A stretch of DNA of 64,000 nucleotides from Syntrophothermus sp. DTU052 (GTDB lineage: Bacteria > Bacillota > Syntrophomonadia > Syntrophomonadales > DTU052), in the NCBI GenBank assembly GCA_001512495.1, contig LFRU01000082.1, positions 50,775 to 114,774 of the forward strand. Direction: 5' to 3'. The notes beneath the pieces were generated by a model that was not told the DNA's origin, searched no databases, and was given only the letters and a program-made list of their open reading frames with translations. A program made the position numbers and the translations under genes. Below, in pieces: positions 56,756-64,000 of the stretch (the stretch's first letter is position 1; the number at the start of each line of letters is the position of its first letter).

Positions 56756-56782
56756 AGATCTATAAAAGATCTAAAAGATCTA
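56756..56782. repeat. three AGATCTA repeats (three GATC sites in 27 bp)
   Basis: AGATCTA at 56756, 56767, 56776, immediately beside the iterons. Confidence 0.8.
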
Positions 56783-56839
56783 CGGAACGACTAAGGTGCC
56801 AAAAAAGCCGAACAGACAAGGTTTTTCACAACACAAAAA

Positions 56840-56931
56840 TGGCGTATAGGTCTCACTATTTGGCGTATAGGTCTCACAAAAATGGCGTATAGGTCTCACC
56901 AAACATGCTTTTTTTGGCGTATAGGTCTCAC
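56840..56931. repeat. four perfect 17-bp iterons TGGCGTATAGGTCTCAC
   Basis: copies at 56840, 56861, 56883, 56915 (spacing 21, 22, 32 bp); last copy overlaps the stop of the Rep candidate. Confidence 0.9.
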
Positions 56932-57806
56932 TCGCCACACCTTCGTCCGGCCAAGACAATTTGATATACATCTTCATCTGGCAGGTAAGTATAGTTTTGC
57001 AGCATTATTGGATATAATATTTCGAGGGATGACTCAATACTTTTGCGAAGCCGGTCTGGCCGAACAGTTTTAAACCCAGCAATCTCGGCCAATGTGGTTA
57101 ATTTGTATTTGTGGCTAGTGAAACGGGGAACTAAGGCAGCAAACCGATAAATCAAGTTCTTTACCGGGCCAATATAACGTGGGGGAGACTTATTAGCTAC
57201 TTCCAGTGCTGCAACAGGAATAGGTGCTTTAGGTATTTGATGCGATGAAAGATTGGCGGCATATATGTCGTTTAGCTTTAAAGTGGTAACAATTCGATTA
57301 AAACGCACCTTCTTGCCATCAATTTCATCGATTCTGGAAATCCAGTCCAAAAAACCGTATGTAATTTTTCTCTTTATTCTCTTGCTCTGTACCATGTAAA
57401 AATTGCCAAAGAGACGTAGGAAACTCAGGTAATAAAGCGCGTTCTCAATTTCTTTTGCTCGTTCACCGTTAAACGAAGTCCCAATTCCATTGGCGATACT
57501 GCGGAATGAAACCTGGAGAATCGGGTAATGATCCTTCTGGACAAGGAATTTTTGGGACAGAAAGGCTAGTACATCTCGAGCGATAGACCCATTTTGCGGA
57601 AGACGGTCAATAATGGAAATGGGAATCTTCAATAGTGTGTCACCCCGATACCATGACCAAAAATTTTCTTCCTTGTATTCCCCCTGGGTTTGGGCGGACG
57701 GCAGATCCCAAATATGATCGTCATCCCTGCAGAATTCAACAGGGAGAATTTGCGTTTGTTCCGAATGGTCCCACACCCAGCCCCTTTTTCGGGTCAGAAA
57801 AATCAC
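56928..57806 (-). CDS. replication initiator candidate (RepA-like winged-helix protein); start uncertain
   Basis: adjacent to iterons; LLKIPISIIDRL...ARDVLAFLSQKF and later helical repeats resemble Firmicute RepA_N-type initiators; GTG 57806 sits inside the SD, so the true start may be downstream. Confidence 0.55.
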   Translation of the reverse strand: MIFLTRKRGWVWDHSEQTQILPVEFCRDDDHIWDLPSAQTQGEYKEENFWSWYRGDTLLKIPISIIDRLPQNGSIARDVLAFLSQKFLVQKDHYPILQVSFRSIANGIGTSFNGERAKEIENALYYLSFLRLFGNFYMVQSKRIKRKITYGFLDWISRIDEIDGKKVRFNRIVTTLKLNDIYAANLSSHQIPKAPIPVAALEVANKSPPRYIGPVKNLIYRFAALVPRFTSHKYKLTTLAEIAGFKTVRPDRLRKSIESSLEILYPIMLQNYTYLPDEDVYQIVLAGRRCGE

Positions 57807-57810
57807 CTCC

Positions 57811-57843
57811 TGAAAAACAAAACCCCGGGAACTAACACCCGGG
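57811..57843 (-). terminator. terminator/attenuator-like hairpin immediately 5' of the Rep Shine-Dalgarno
   Basis: minus strand reads acccggg-uguuaguu-cccgggg followed by uuuuguuuuu, then caGGAGGTG. Confidence 0.5.
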
Positions 57844-57980
57844 TCCGCGTCCTGTGTTTTTCATTTACTCAAACTGCGAAGAATTCGCCACGCTTTCTTC
57901 TTCTTGTTGAGCCTTCGCCTGTTCGTGCACGTATTCCTGACTCTGCCAAAACGTCATCGCAAACGATCAAGATCATTCCG

Positions 57981-58409
57981 TTAACCGAAAAACTTTCCGG
58001 CTTCAATGTTCACAGCTTTGCCGCCCTTTGTTCGTTTACCAATTGCACCACGGCCGCCGATAATCTCAAAACGATTGTCTTTTACGTACTCGGCAAAACA
58101 AGGATTAAGGTGAATTTCCCGCCGCTCGAACCAGGTTGGCCCTTTCTGTTTTGGCTTGGCGGAATGCTTTTGCTTTTTCCTTCTTTTTTTGCGGTATTTG
58201 GCCTCCCGATACTCGGGCGTTATCCCGCCCCGCGCTATGACCTCTTGGTAGGGAATACCAAGTATTGTTGCAAACAAATGCAAATTATCAGCCCAATGGC
58301 GGCCTGAACGATTGAATATGAAGCGAATTACATTCCTTTTTTGATCCCACCCCAAAGCAAGGCGGTAACGATGAGCGGCTAACACAATTTGTTCCTGCGT
58401 AATTTCCAT
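57981..58409 (-). CDS. hypothetical protein (142 aa), Lys/Arg-rich centre
   Basis: GGAGGTGG SD before ATG; no recognised motif. Confidence 0.45.
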   Translation of the reverse strand: MEITQEQIVLAAHRYRLALGWDQKRNVIRFIFNRSGRHWADNLHLFATILGIPYQEVIARGGITPEYREAKYRKKRRKKQKHSAKPKQKGPTWFERREIHLNPCFAEYVKDNRFEIIGGRGAIGKRTKGGKAVNIEAGKFFG

Positions 58410-58644
58410 AATTTACCACCTCCGATGACAAGCCAACGCCTAGCTTGTCACTGCAAGCGGCATACTGGTAAATATAGGTATCGAGAGACCGTGAGGTCCA
58501 TGGGCACCATTTTCGTCGCACTGCTGTACGCCGCGGGTTGCCACCATCTGTCATCTACCTATATCCACATGTAAATCCCAGTTGTCAAAGATCGTTTCTA
58601 TGCCGAATTGAAAAAAATAGATAAATTTAAATTAAAATTTAAGT

Positions 58645-58679
58645 TGGTTATAAAATTTATCAATGGTTATATATTTATA
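58645..58679. promoter_or_regulatory. direct repeats TGGTTATA(A/T)AxTTTAT x2 in AT-rich divergent promoter region
   Basis: TGGTTATA at 58645 and 58664 (19 bp apart) with similar AT-rich tails, about 130 bp upstream of the XRE gene. Confidence 0.4.
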
Positions 58680-58809
58680 TTACCACCATTTTCGAAAAAT
58701 GCAACCTCCAGGGATAAATATTTTCAAGTAAAGCAAGAATACTGGTTAGAAGGTTAAGCAACTTGTTATACTTAAATGTAACCGCTGGACTGTAAAGTGA
58801 GGGATATTG

Positions 58810-59697
58810 ATGGACGTTAAATTATTAAAGTTTGAAGGATATCCGTGCAGGTTTAGACTCGGTAGATTGGTTAGTCTATTGCGAATAAGAGAAGGGCTAA
58901 CGGTTCGCGAATATGCAAAACAGCTACAGATTAGTCATACATTATTGGTTTTTATCGAATCTGGGAGACAGCCTATTTCAAAAGAACTTCTTGATAAAAT
59001 ATCACCCCAATATTACAAACTTAGAAAGATAGCAAAAGAGATCAACGTTAGGGACGATTTAATTCAACCGCTTATAGAATTGGAAGGGATTGTTCGTTCA
59101 CTTCCGGAAGACGTTCGAAGTGCTTTAAAAATAGCCGTGTTTAAATGTTTACAAGACTTAATATCTCGGTTTCCAGAAGCCGGTACAAGGATTACGGCAA
59201 TTGATGGACGTGATGGGATTGTTTTACACTTCCCGGCAGCTGCATGGTTTTCTGGCAGTGACATCCGTCGGGTGCTCGAGGGAGAAGACTTCGTTGCTTT
59301 CTATCCGGCGGATGTACGACAGATATCAACACAAGTTTTGGTAGATTATCTACTGTTTTTATTTGATACAGTGGGCTACGACATACAACATAGTAGCGTA
59401 CAATGCACAAACGCTTACAGTGTTGTTAATGCTGAGTGGAACGAAATCTTTTTAAGACATATGACGGATATGCTTCCCGCAACGATAGAAAAAGTGCTTC
59501 CTCCAGTTGCGTCCAGAAACCAACCATTTCAAGCAATCATTTATAATGAAAACCTCGAAAAACACAACATTAACCTCTGGAATATCAACGAATGGGGTCA
59601 ATCTGTTGAATTTCTTGAAGGATGGGGCATTACAGAACCAAAGAAAAAGACACAAAAAATATTAATCGACGGGACAATAGAAGAAGATTATGATTAA
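58810..59697 (+). CDS. XRE-family HTH regulator with large unassigned C-terminal domain
   Basis: LTVREYAKQLQISHTLLVFIESGRQPIS helix-turn-helix; only plus-strand gene inside the element. Confidence 0.75.
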   Translation: MDVKLLKFEGYPCRFRLGRLVSLLRIREGLTVREYAKQLQISHTLLVFIESGRQPISKELLDKISPQYYKLRKIAKEINVRDDLIQPLIELEGIVRSLPEDVRSALKIAVFKCLQDLISRFPEAGTRITAIDGRDGIVLHFPAAAWFSGSDIRRVLEGEDFVAFYPADVRQISTQVLVDYLLFLFDTVGYDIQHSSVQCTNAYSVVNAEWNEIFLRHMTDMLPATIEKVLPPVASRNQPFQAIIYNENLEKHNINLWNINEWGQSVEFLEGWGITEPKKKTQKILIDGTIEEDYD

Positions 59698-59703
59698 CAA
59701 AAA

Positions 59704-59721
59704 AGCCGGGCTAACCCGGCT
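59704..59721 (-). terminator. hairpin terminator between convergent genes
   Basis: agccggg-ctaa-cccggct, T run on the minus strand; overlaps stop codon of the protease gene. Confidence 0.6.
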
Positions 59722-60202
59722 AGCAAAACATCCACAAAGAACACACCAATAAAACTACCGCCAGCGTCCCCAATAACAACCTACTGGTCCATACTTGAGC
59801 TGCACCCTGAAAGACATAACTTCCATCTGACTGCCCGTGATTAGCAGGGAAGGGGATTAAGTTAGTAATTCCGCAAAATAAAGACATAAGGCCATATATC
59901 GGAATAATGGGCAATATAACCAAGCCCGTAAGTATACTGACTATTGGGCCGCCTAAAGCGATCCATCGGACTTGGTTTTGCGTTAGATGTCCCCAGTTCT
60001 CATCAGCGTAGTTAACTCGACCACCAGCTGGCAAGAAGAAGCGAAAAACAAAAATACCTTTTCGCCATATTACCGGCCCCCGACCGATTTCGAACCGGTT
60101 AGGCCGCACACCAATCGATATCGCCGCCATATAATGACCGGCCTCGTGCAGCAAGACGATAGCCAAGGCATAAGCACAAACAATAAGATAACTCAAAAGC
60201 AT
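59720..60202 (-). CDS. mini site-2 protease (M50 family) membrane metalloprotease
   Basis: LLHEAGHYMAA in first TM helix followed by FEIGRGPVIW, second motif NLIPFPANHGQSDG; no PDZ domain. Confidence 0.7.
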   Translation of the reverse strand: MLLSYLIVCAYALAIVLLHEAGHYMAAISIGVRPNRFEIGRGPVIWRKGIFVFRFFLPAGGRVNYADENWGHLTQNQVRWIALGGPIVSILTGLVILPIIPIYGLMSLFCGITNLIPFPANHGQSDGSYVFQGAAQVWTSRLLLGTLAVVLLVCSLWMFC

Positions 60203-60281
60203 AAAACCACACCTCCCAAATGTATAATGTATAAAGATAAAAACAGCCCGGCTATCTTAAACAGCCGGGCCGTCTCTCATG

Positions 60282-60521
60282 TTAATCCCAGTAGAAAGTA
60301 ATCTGCATACCGGGACAAGAAAAAACGAGATTCAATGCCATATCCATTTGCTTTCGCAGATGCCAAATGTCCTCTTGAGCAAATTCGCGGCTTTCTTCCA
60401 GACGATCCAACGCTTCGGTCATCAGTTGCCGCAGGGCTTGAGCTTGTCGGCTTTCTTTTTCAGCCTGTTGCAAAGCCTCAAAAAAACCATCAAAATCGCT
60501 CTCATGTAACACTTGGCTCAC
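60282..60521 (-). CDS. hypothetical acidic coiled-coil protein (79 aa)
   Basis: GGAGGTGA SD; helical, Glu/Gln-rich. Confidence 0.4.
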   Translation of the reverse strand: MSQVLHESDFDGFFEALQQAEKESRQAQALRQLMTEALDRLEESREFAQEDIWHLRKQMDMALNLVFSCPGMQITFYWD

Positions 60522-60524
60522 CTC

Positions 60525-60635
60525 CTAAGAATCGTACTCACTATCACCAAATAGCAAATCATCCATCTCGCGCATATAATCGTGGTATTCCTCTTCCTCC
60601 TGGATAATGTAAAGTGCCTCCCACTGGTCAAACAT
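60525..60635 (-). CDS. possible 36-aa highly acidic peptide
   Basis: MFDQWEALYIIQEEEEYHDYMREMDDLLFGDSEYDS; stop overlaps SD of downstream ORF; below ORF-track cutoff and no nearby SD. Confidence 0.25.
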   Translation of the reverse strand: MFDQWEALYIIQEEEEYHDYMREMDDLLFGDSEYDS

Positions 60636-60997
60636 TACGTGCCGCTTGCCGAACGAAGGCAAGCGGACTCACCTCCTTTCAACCCCAAAATAATCCAGCA
60701 CCAATCAGGCCGCGTACCTGACGTACTTTCTGACGTGGTCTGAGATGAGGATAGGTCTCGTCTATTGTCTTGCGCAGGATATGTATGTCTTCGGGCAAAA
60801 AATGCCGAATTTCTCGTATCCTAGGAGCGCCTTCCATATCAGCTTCCGTATTTGTCGTCTCTGTGATTCCCGTTGCAACTTGTACAGATCTTGAAAGATA
60901 CCGTCAAAGCTCTCATTATACATATAATGCCGCCCACACGGGGCCGCCTCACCTCCTATCCAATGTGGTGTAGCCAGCCCCGCAGGGCAATATCACT

Positions 60998-61546
60998 CTA
61001 TATCGAGCTTGATGCTTTCATACTGTGGTAACGACCAACACCAATCACAACATGGTCGAGAACATCGATTCCTAGAATCTTGCCTGCCTCAATCAGCCTC
61101 CTAGTGATGTTTACGTCGTCCGCGCTGGGTGCAGGGTCCCCGCTAGGGTGGTTGTGCACCAGGACAACTCCCGCAGAGGATGTGAGAATGGCAGGCTTAA
61201 AGACTTCCCTGGGGTGTACCGGTGTACTAGATAATCCTCCGATGCTGACTGTATTAATTGCATTAACATTGTTCTTGCGGTCCAGATAGAGAACAACGAA
61301 GTGTTCCCGATCCAGGTTCTCCATATCCAGGTGTTCCCGCATAATACGGGCCACGTCATCAGGAGAGGTAATCTTTTCCGCATACCATGGCCCGGACTCT
61401 CGGACTAACCGTGTCGTGACCCAGTAATAACATGCATCTTTCTTGCGAGATGGCGTTCTCCTTGACTCAGCCACTCGCAACTCGTCGCTACCGTAAAACA
61501 GACTCCCTTGCTTCATACCTGCAGGATGGGCCTCAGCCCATCCCAT
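60998..61546 (-). CDS. radC: RadC-like JAB/MPN domain protein
   Basis: JAMM motif HNHPSGDPAPSADD; start ambiguous (ATG 61546 or 61516; ORF track extends to 61663). Confidence 0.8.
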   Translation of the reverse strand: MGWAEAHPAGMKQGSLFYGSDELRVAESRRTPSRKKDACYYWVTTRLVRESGPWYAEKITSPDDVARIMREHLDMENLDREHFVVLYLDRKNNVNAINTVSIGGLSSTPVHPREVFKPAILTSSAGVVLVHNHPSGDPAPSADDVNITRRLIEAGKILGIDVLDHVVIGVGRYHSMKASSSI

Positions 61547-61663
61547 TCCCTCCTTTCGGAAATAGGTATGGGCCGAAGCCCCAAACTTAAATGTCAAAAG
61601 AAAAATGCCCGGAAAAAGCCAATTAAAGCCGTTTCCGGGCAATCTCTGTAACAAAAAAAACAA

Positions 61664-61930
61664 CTAAGGGCGAATTGGGAAGAGTTGGGTTCCTAAAGGG
61701 ATACCCTCGACTGAACCTCCCGGACCAATGATCCTTAGCCGATTATCGGCATCCAAGCAATAAAAACGATCGCACACCTCGCCTTCGTTGAGACCAGAAT
61801 TCATTTCTTTGTCAGCGATCCGAATAGGGTACATTTTTGTACCTTCGGGTATGCCATCCCAAGCATCGGCACCGACTCCAACCACGACCGCTTTTCCCTC
61901 AGAATTCAAATACACATACCGATCCACCAC
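61664..61930 (-). CDS. hypothetical protein (88 aa) with internal duplication
   Basis: GIPEGTKMYPIR and GIPLGTQLFPIR halves; abuts the radC ORF. Confidence 0.4.
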   Translation of the reverse strand: MVDRYVYLNSEGKAVVVGVGADAWDGIPEGTKMYPIRIADKEMNSGLNEGEVCDRFYCLDADNRLRIIGPGGSVEGIPLGTQLFPIRP

Positions 61931-62639
61931 TTAACATCACTCCTTTGATTTAATTAATATAACGACCAAGAAACGCAAAAATGGCCAGTTCGCGAAATTA
62001 ATATCTCAACAAACTGACCATAAAAAAACCGAGATTAATTTTTAACTTTTAAATCTCGGTGCGTTTCCAAATTAGAATTAACAATGCCGCGCAAAACGCG
62101 GTAAAAAAATACAGGCCCTTTCATTAAAAGGGAAATTTAAATTCATGATGATATCAGGTATGGCCGCAAAATCGGCGAAAAAATACAACTTACTACTGTA
62201 ATAGTACCACAAAAACAACATAAAAACAATAAGAGAGCCGTATTATGGCTCTCTTATAGCGGATTTTCTTCGGAAAAAACTTAGCACCTATAAAAGGATA
62301 CACTTTACCCGTTGCGCAAAACTGTCAAAAATGGTTGCGCCTATGAATTGTGCAAATTTCCAAATACAAAAAACCCATTAAAGAAGTAATCAGTTTTGAC
62401 AAACTAACAAGCTACTTTAAACTCCTTGCGGAGGTGATCACTACAAATATTTTACGATATTGAGCAAGCAAAGCAAGACATTAATTTACAACTACTCATA
62501 AAAAATTTTCATCTTTTAAGAATTCCGGTAGCAAAAGAGACGAGAACGCTGATATAATTAAGCCGGGAGTGTCCCGGCTTCCGTGTAAATGGAATAATCT
62601 CATAGGTAATTGAGGATACTGATATTGCTTTTACTCATG

Positions 62640-64000
62640 CGCAGGATAGGGCAACGCGGGAGCGCGACCCGAGCGGCACATGAGGTTGAGCGAGGCGGCG
62701 ATACTCTATTGAGCGTCGCCTTTCTATCGCCGCCTTGGAAAACCAATGCGATAAACTCCGGGGGTTCGGGGGCAGCGCCCCCGTATCACGAGGTCACCTT
62801 TCCTTGTAGCCGATCCCCAAAAAATATCATCAGCTGCCCCATTATAATGCCCCAATCGCGAATTGGCATACTCCATTTTTTAGAGATTTCCTGTATCGAA
62901 AGATAAACCGATTTTTTGACTGCTTCGTCAGTCGGGTAAATCGTTTTAGTCTTGGTAAACTTGCGCAACATCCGATGGAATCCTTCCACTGCATTGGTGG
63001 TGTAAATCAGCCTCCGTACTTCATGCGGATACTTGAAATAGGTGGACAGTTCCGCCCAATTTGCCTCCCAAGACTTCAAAATCTGCGGATATTTCGTTTC
63101 CCACTTTTCACGAAATTCCTCAAGCCGATACTCCGCGTCCTCAAGTGTCGGTGCATCGTAAACCAGCTTCAAATCCGCCATAACGGCTTTAATATCCTTG
63201 TACGATACATACTTGGTTGAGTTGCGTATTTGATGAATCACACAAAGTTGCTGCTCTGTTTTGGGAAAAACCGTCTCGATTGCGGTTGAAAATCCGGAAA
63301 GGTTGTCCCGGCAGGCTATCAAAATGTCCTCGACTCCGCGATTCTTCAACTCGTTACATACAGTTGTCCAAAAGCTGGCACTTTCGTTTTCTGACAGCCA
63401 TATGCCCAGTATTTCCTTACGACCATCCATGTTGATCCCTAAAACGGTGTACAAGCATTTGTTGATAATCCGGCTGTCCTTGCGTACTTTGAACACGATC
63501 CCATCAAGAAAAACAATGGGATAAATCGGATCTAGCGGCCTTGACTGCCACTCAGTAACAGCGGGCATTATTTTGTCCGTGATTCGGCTGATAAGGCTGG
63601 CTGAAGCCTCTACTCCGTAAATATCGCGCAGGTGATCCTCAATATCGCGAGTGGACATTCCTTTAGCATACATGGCCAAAATCCGCGCTTCAATGTCGTC
63701 GGTCCGAGTCTGGCGCTTTTCGATAATTCGTGGCTCGAACGTGCCATTACGGTCGCGCGGAACGCTGATTTCACTCTCGCCCCACTCGCTTTTTACAGTT
63801 TTCTTGCCGTAACCGTTGCGGCTATTGCCGCTGTTGTTGCCTAAAACGCTATTTTTTTCGTAGCCTAGGTGCTCATCCATTTCAGCTTCAAGCATCTTTT
63901 CTAACGCACCGGCAAAAAGATTTTTGAGTTTCGCTGTCAAATCAGCGGGGGTCGAACATTCTTCACTAATCAGAGCTACAAGTTGCATTTCCTTTTCGGT
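62640..64000 (-). mobile_element. IS256-family insertion sequence, partial (runs off window end); inner end approximate
   Basis: transposase gene plus GC-rich 150-bp tail; terminal inverted repeat not identifiable without the other end. Confidence 0.7.
62786..63988 (-). CDS. IS256-family (mutator-type) transposase; true start may lie beyond 64000
   Basis: hallmark blocks YPIVFLDGI, ILIACRDNLSGF, YTTNAVEGFHRMLRK; frame still open upstream of first ATG at window edge. Confidence 0.95.
   Translation of the reverse strand: MQLVALISEECSTPADLTAKLKNLFAGALEKMLEAEMDEHLGYEKNSVLGNNSGNSRNGYGKKTVKSEWGESEISVPRDRNGTFEPRIIEKRQTRTDDIEARILAMYAKGMSTRDIEDHLRDIYGVEASASLISRITDKIMPAVTEWQSRPLDPIYPIVFLDGIVFKVRKDSRIINKCLYTVLGINMDGRKEILGIWLSENESASFWTTVCNELKNRGVEDILIACRDNLSGFSTAIETVFPKTEQQLCVIHQIRNSTKYVSYKDIKAVMADLKLVYDAPTLEDAEYRLEEFREKWETKYPQILKSWEANWAELSTYFKYPHEVRRLIYTTNAVEGFHRMLRKFTKTKTIYPTDEAVKKSVYLSIQEISKKWSMPIRDWGIIMGQLMIFFGDRLQGKVTS

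Larger units (their letters stand above)
32787..62600 (-). mobile_element. integrative conjugative element / integrated conjugative plasmid next to tRNA-Lys (right boundary not determined)
   Basis: int-xis adjacent to tRNA, about 40 co-oriented minus-strand ORFs including T4SS, relaxase, Rep plus iterons, ParM; right end set arbitrarily before the IS256 copy. Confidence 0.85.

Noticed and set aside
56780-56977. 65-aa minus-strand ORF with repeated ETYTP
   Set aside because: The repeated peptide is simply the iteron array read in frame. There is no SD, and it overlaps the Rep 3' end.
57690-58307. 205-aa plus-strand ORF
   Set aside because: It is antisense to the Rep 5' end and the 142-aa ORF. 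The sequence is low-complexity with no SD, while the minus-strand genes have SDs.
60776-60937. 53-aa minus-strand ORF between radC and the acidic peptide
   Set aside because: It is below the ORF-track threshold, its SD is poorly spaced (about 24 nt), and it has no motif. There is not enough support to annotate it.
62610-62906. 98-aa plus-strand ORF in the GC-rich tail
   Set aside because: It overlaps the transposase 3' end on the opposite strand and the structured non-coding tail. It has no SD.
61931-64000. Search for attR, a second copy of the tRNA-Lys 3' end
   Set aside because: Only a 7-nt match (atggctc at about 62244) was seen, which is consistent with chance. The right boundary is therefore left undetermined rather than called.

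Overview
All family calls come from reading motifs in the supplied translations and the raw sequence. No searches, folding or composition statistics were run. The window looks like a chromosome segment of a spore-forming anaerobic Firmicute (Clostridia / Peptococcaceae-like). That placement rests on the murI...gerM-rph-rdgB-ysnB-type synteny, a GerMN lipoprotein, a DUF421/DUF4363 pair and split class-I fumarate hydratase subunits. Positions 1-32.8 kb are mostly ordinary chromosomal genes:
- an AsrAB/HydBG-like Fe-S flavoprotein pair
- an alpha-oxoamine synthase, DUF1285 and DegV
- a radical SAM protein and an isochorismatase-family hydrolase
- an orphan LytTR regulator followed by a small-membrane-protein / ChlI-like AAA+ / wHTH-vWA cassette
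- GerM, SatP, MurI, fumarate hydratase, RNase PH, RdgB, a phosphoesterase and tRNA-Pro
- a cell-wall amidase and an MBL hydrolase
- an orphan Dam methylase
- a LytTR two-component system divergent from a secreted PETase/cutinase-like hydrolase
- a PAS-GGDEF-HD-GYP protein, an SDR with a rearrangement scar, and an EncFtn-like ferritin
A five-gene tRNA operon (Gly-Arg-His-Gln-Lys) sits at 32.3-32.8 kb. Immediately after tRNA-Lys begins a roughly 30 kb, almost entirely minus-strand integrative conjugative element (ICE). It carries:
- int and xis
- a 1278-aa LRR surface protein
- a Gram-positive-type T4SS (VirB4, VirB3/PrgI, VirB6, VirB2-like, VirD4, M23 hydrolase)
- two tandem relaxase-domain genes
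- a plasmid-like replicon: four 17-bp iterons, a Rep candidate, a primase-helicase fusion, an HU-like protein and ParM
- a J-domain membrane protein, an XRE regulator next to a mini site-2 protease, and RadC
Several T4SS genes are interrupted. The coupling protein and the hydrolase each carry a single in-frame stop, and the VirB4-type ATPase region reads as two ORFs. The window ends in an IS256-family element. The far ICE boundary (attR) was not found by eye. The items I consider most worth follow-up are the ICE with its own iteron replicon, its clustered GTTAAC and GATC motifs, the interrupted T4SS genes, the LRR cargo protein, and the uncharacterised ChlI-like/vWA three-gene cassette.
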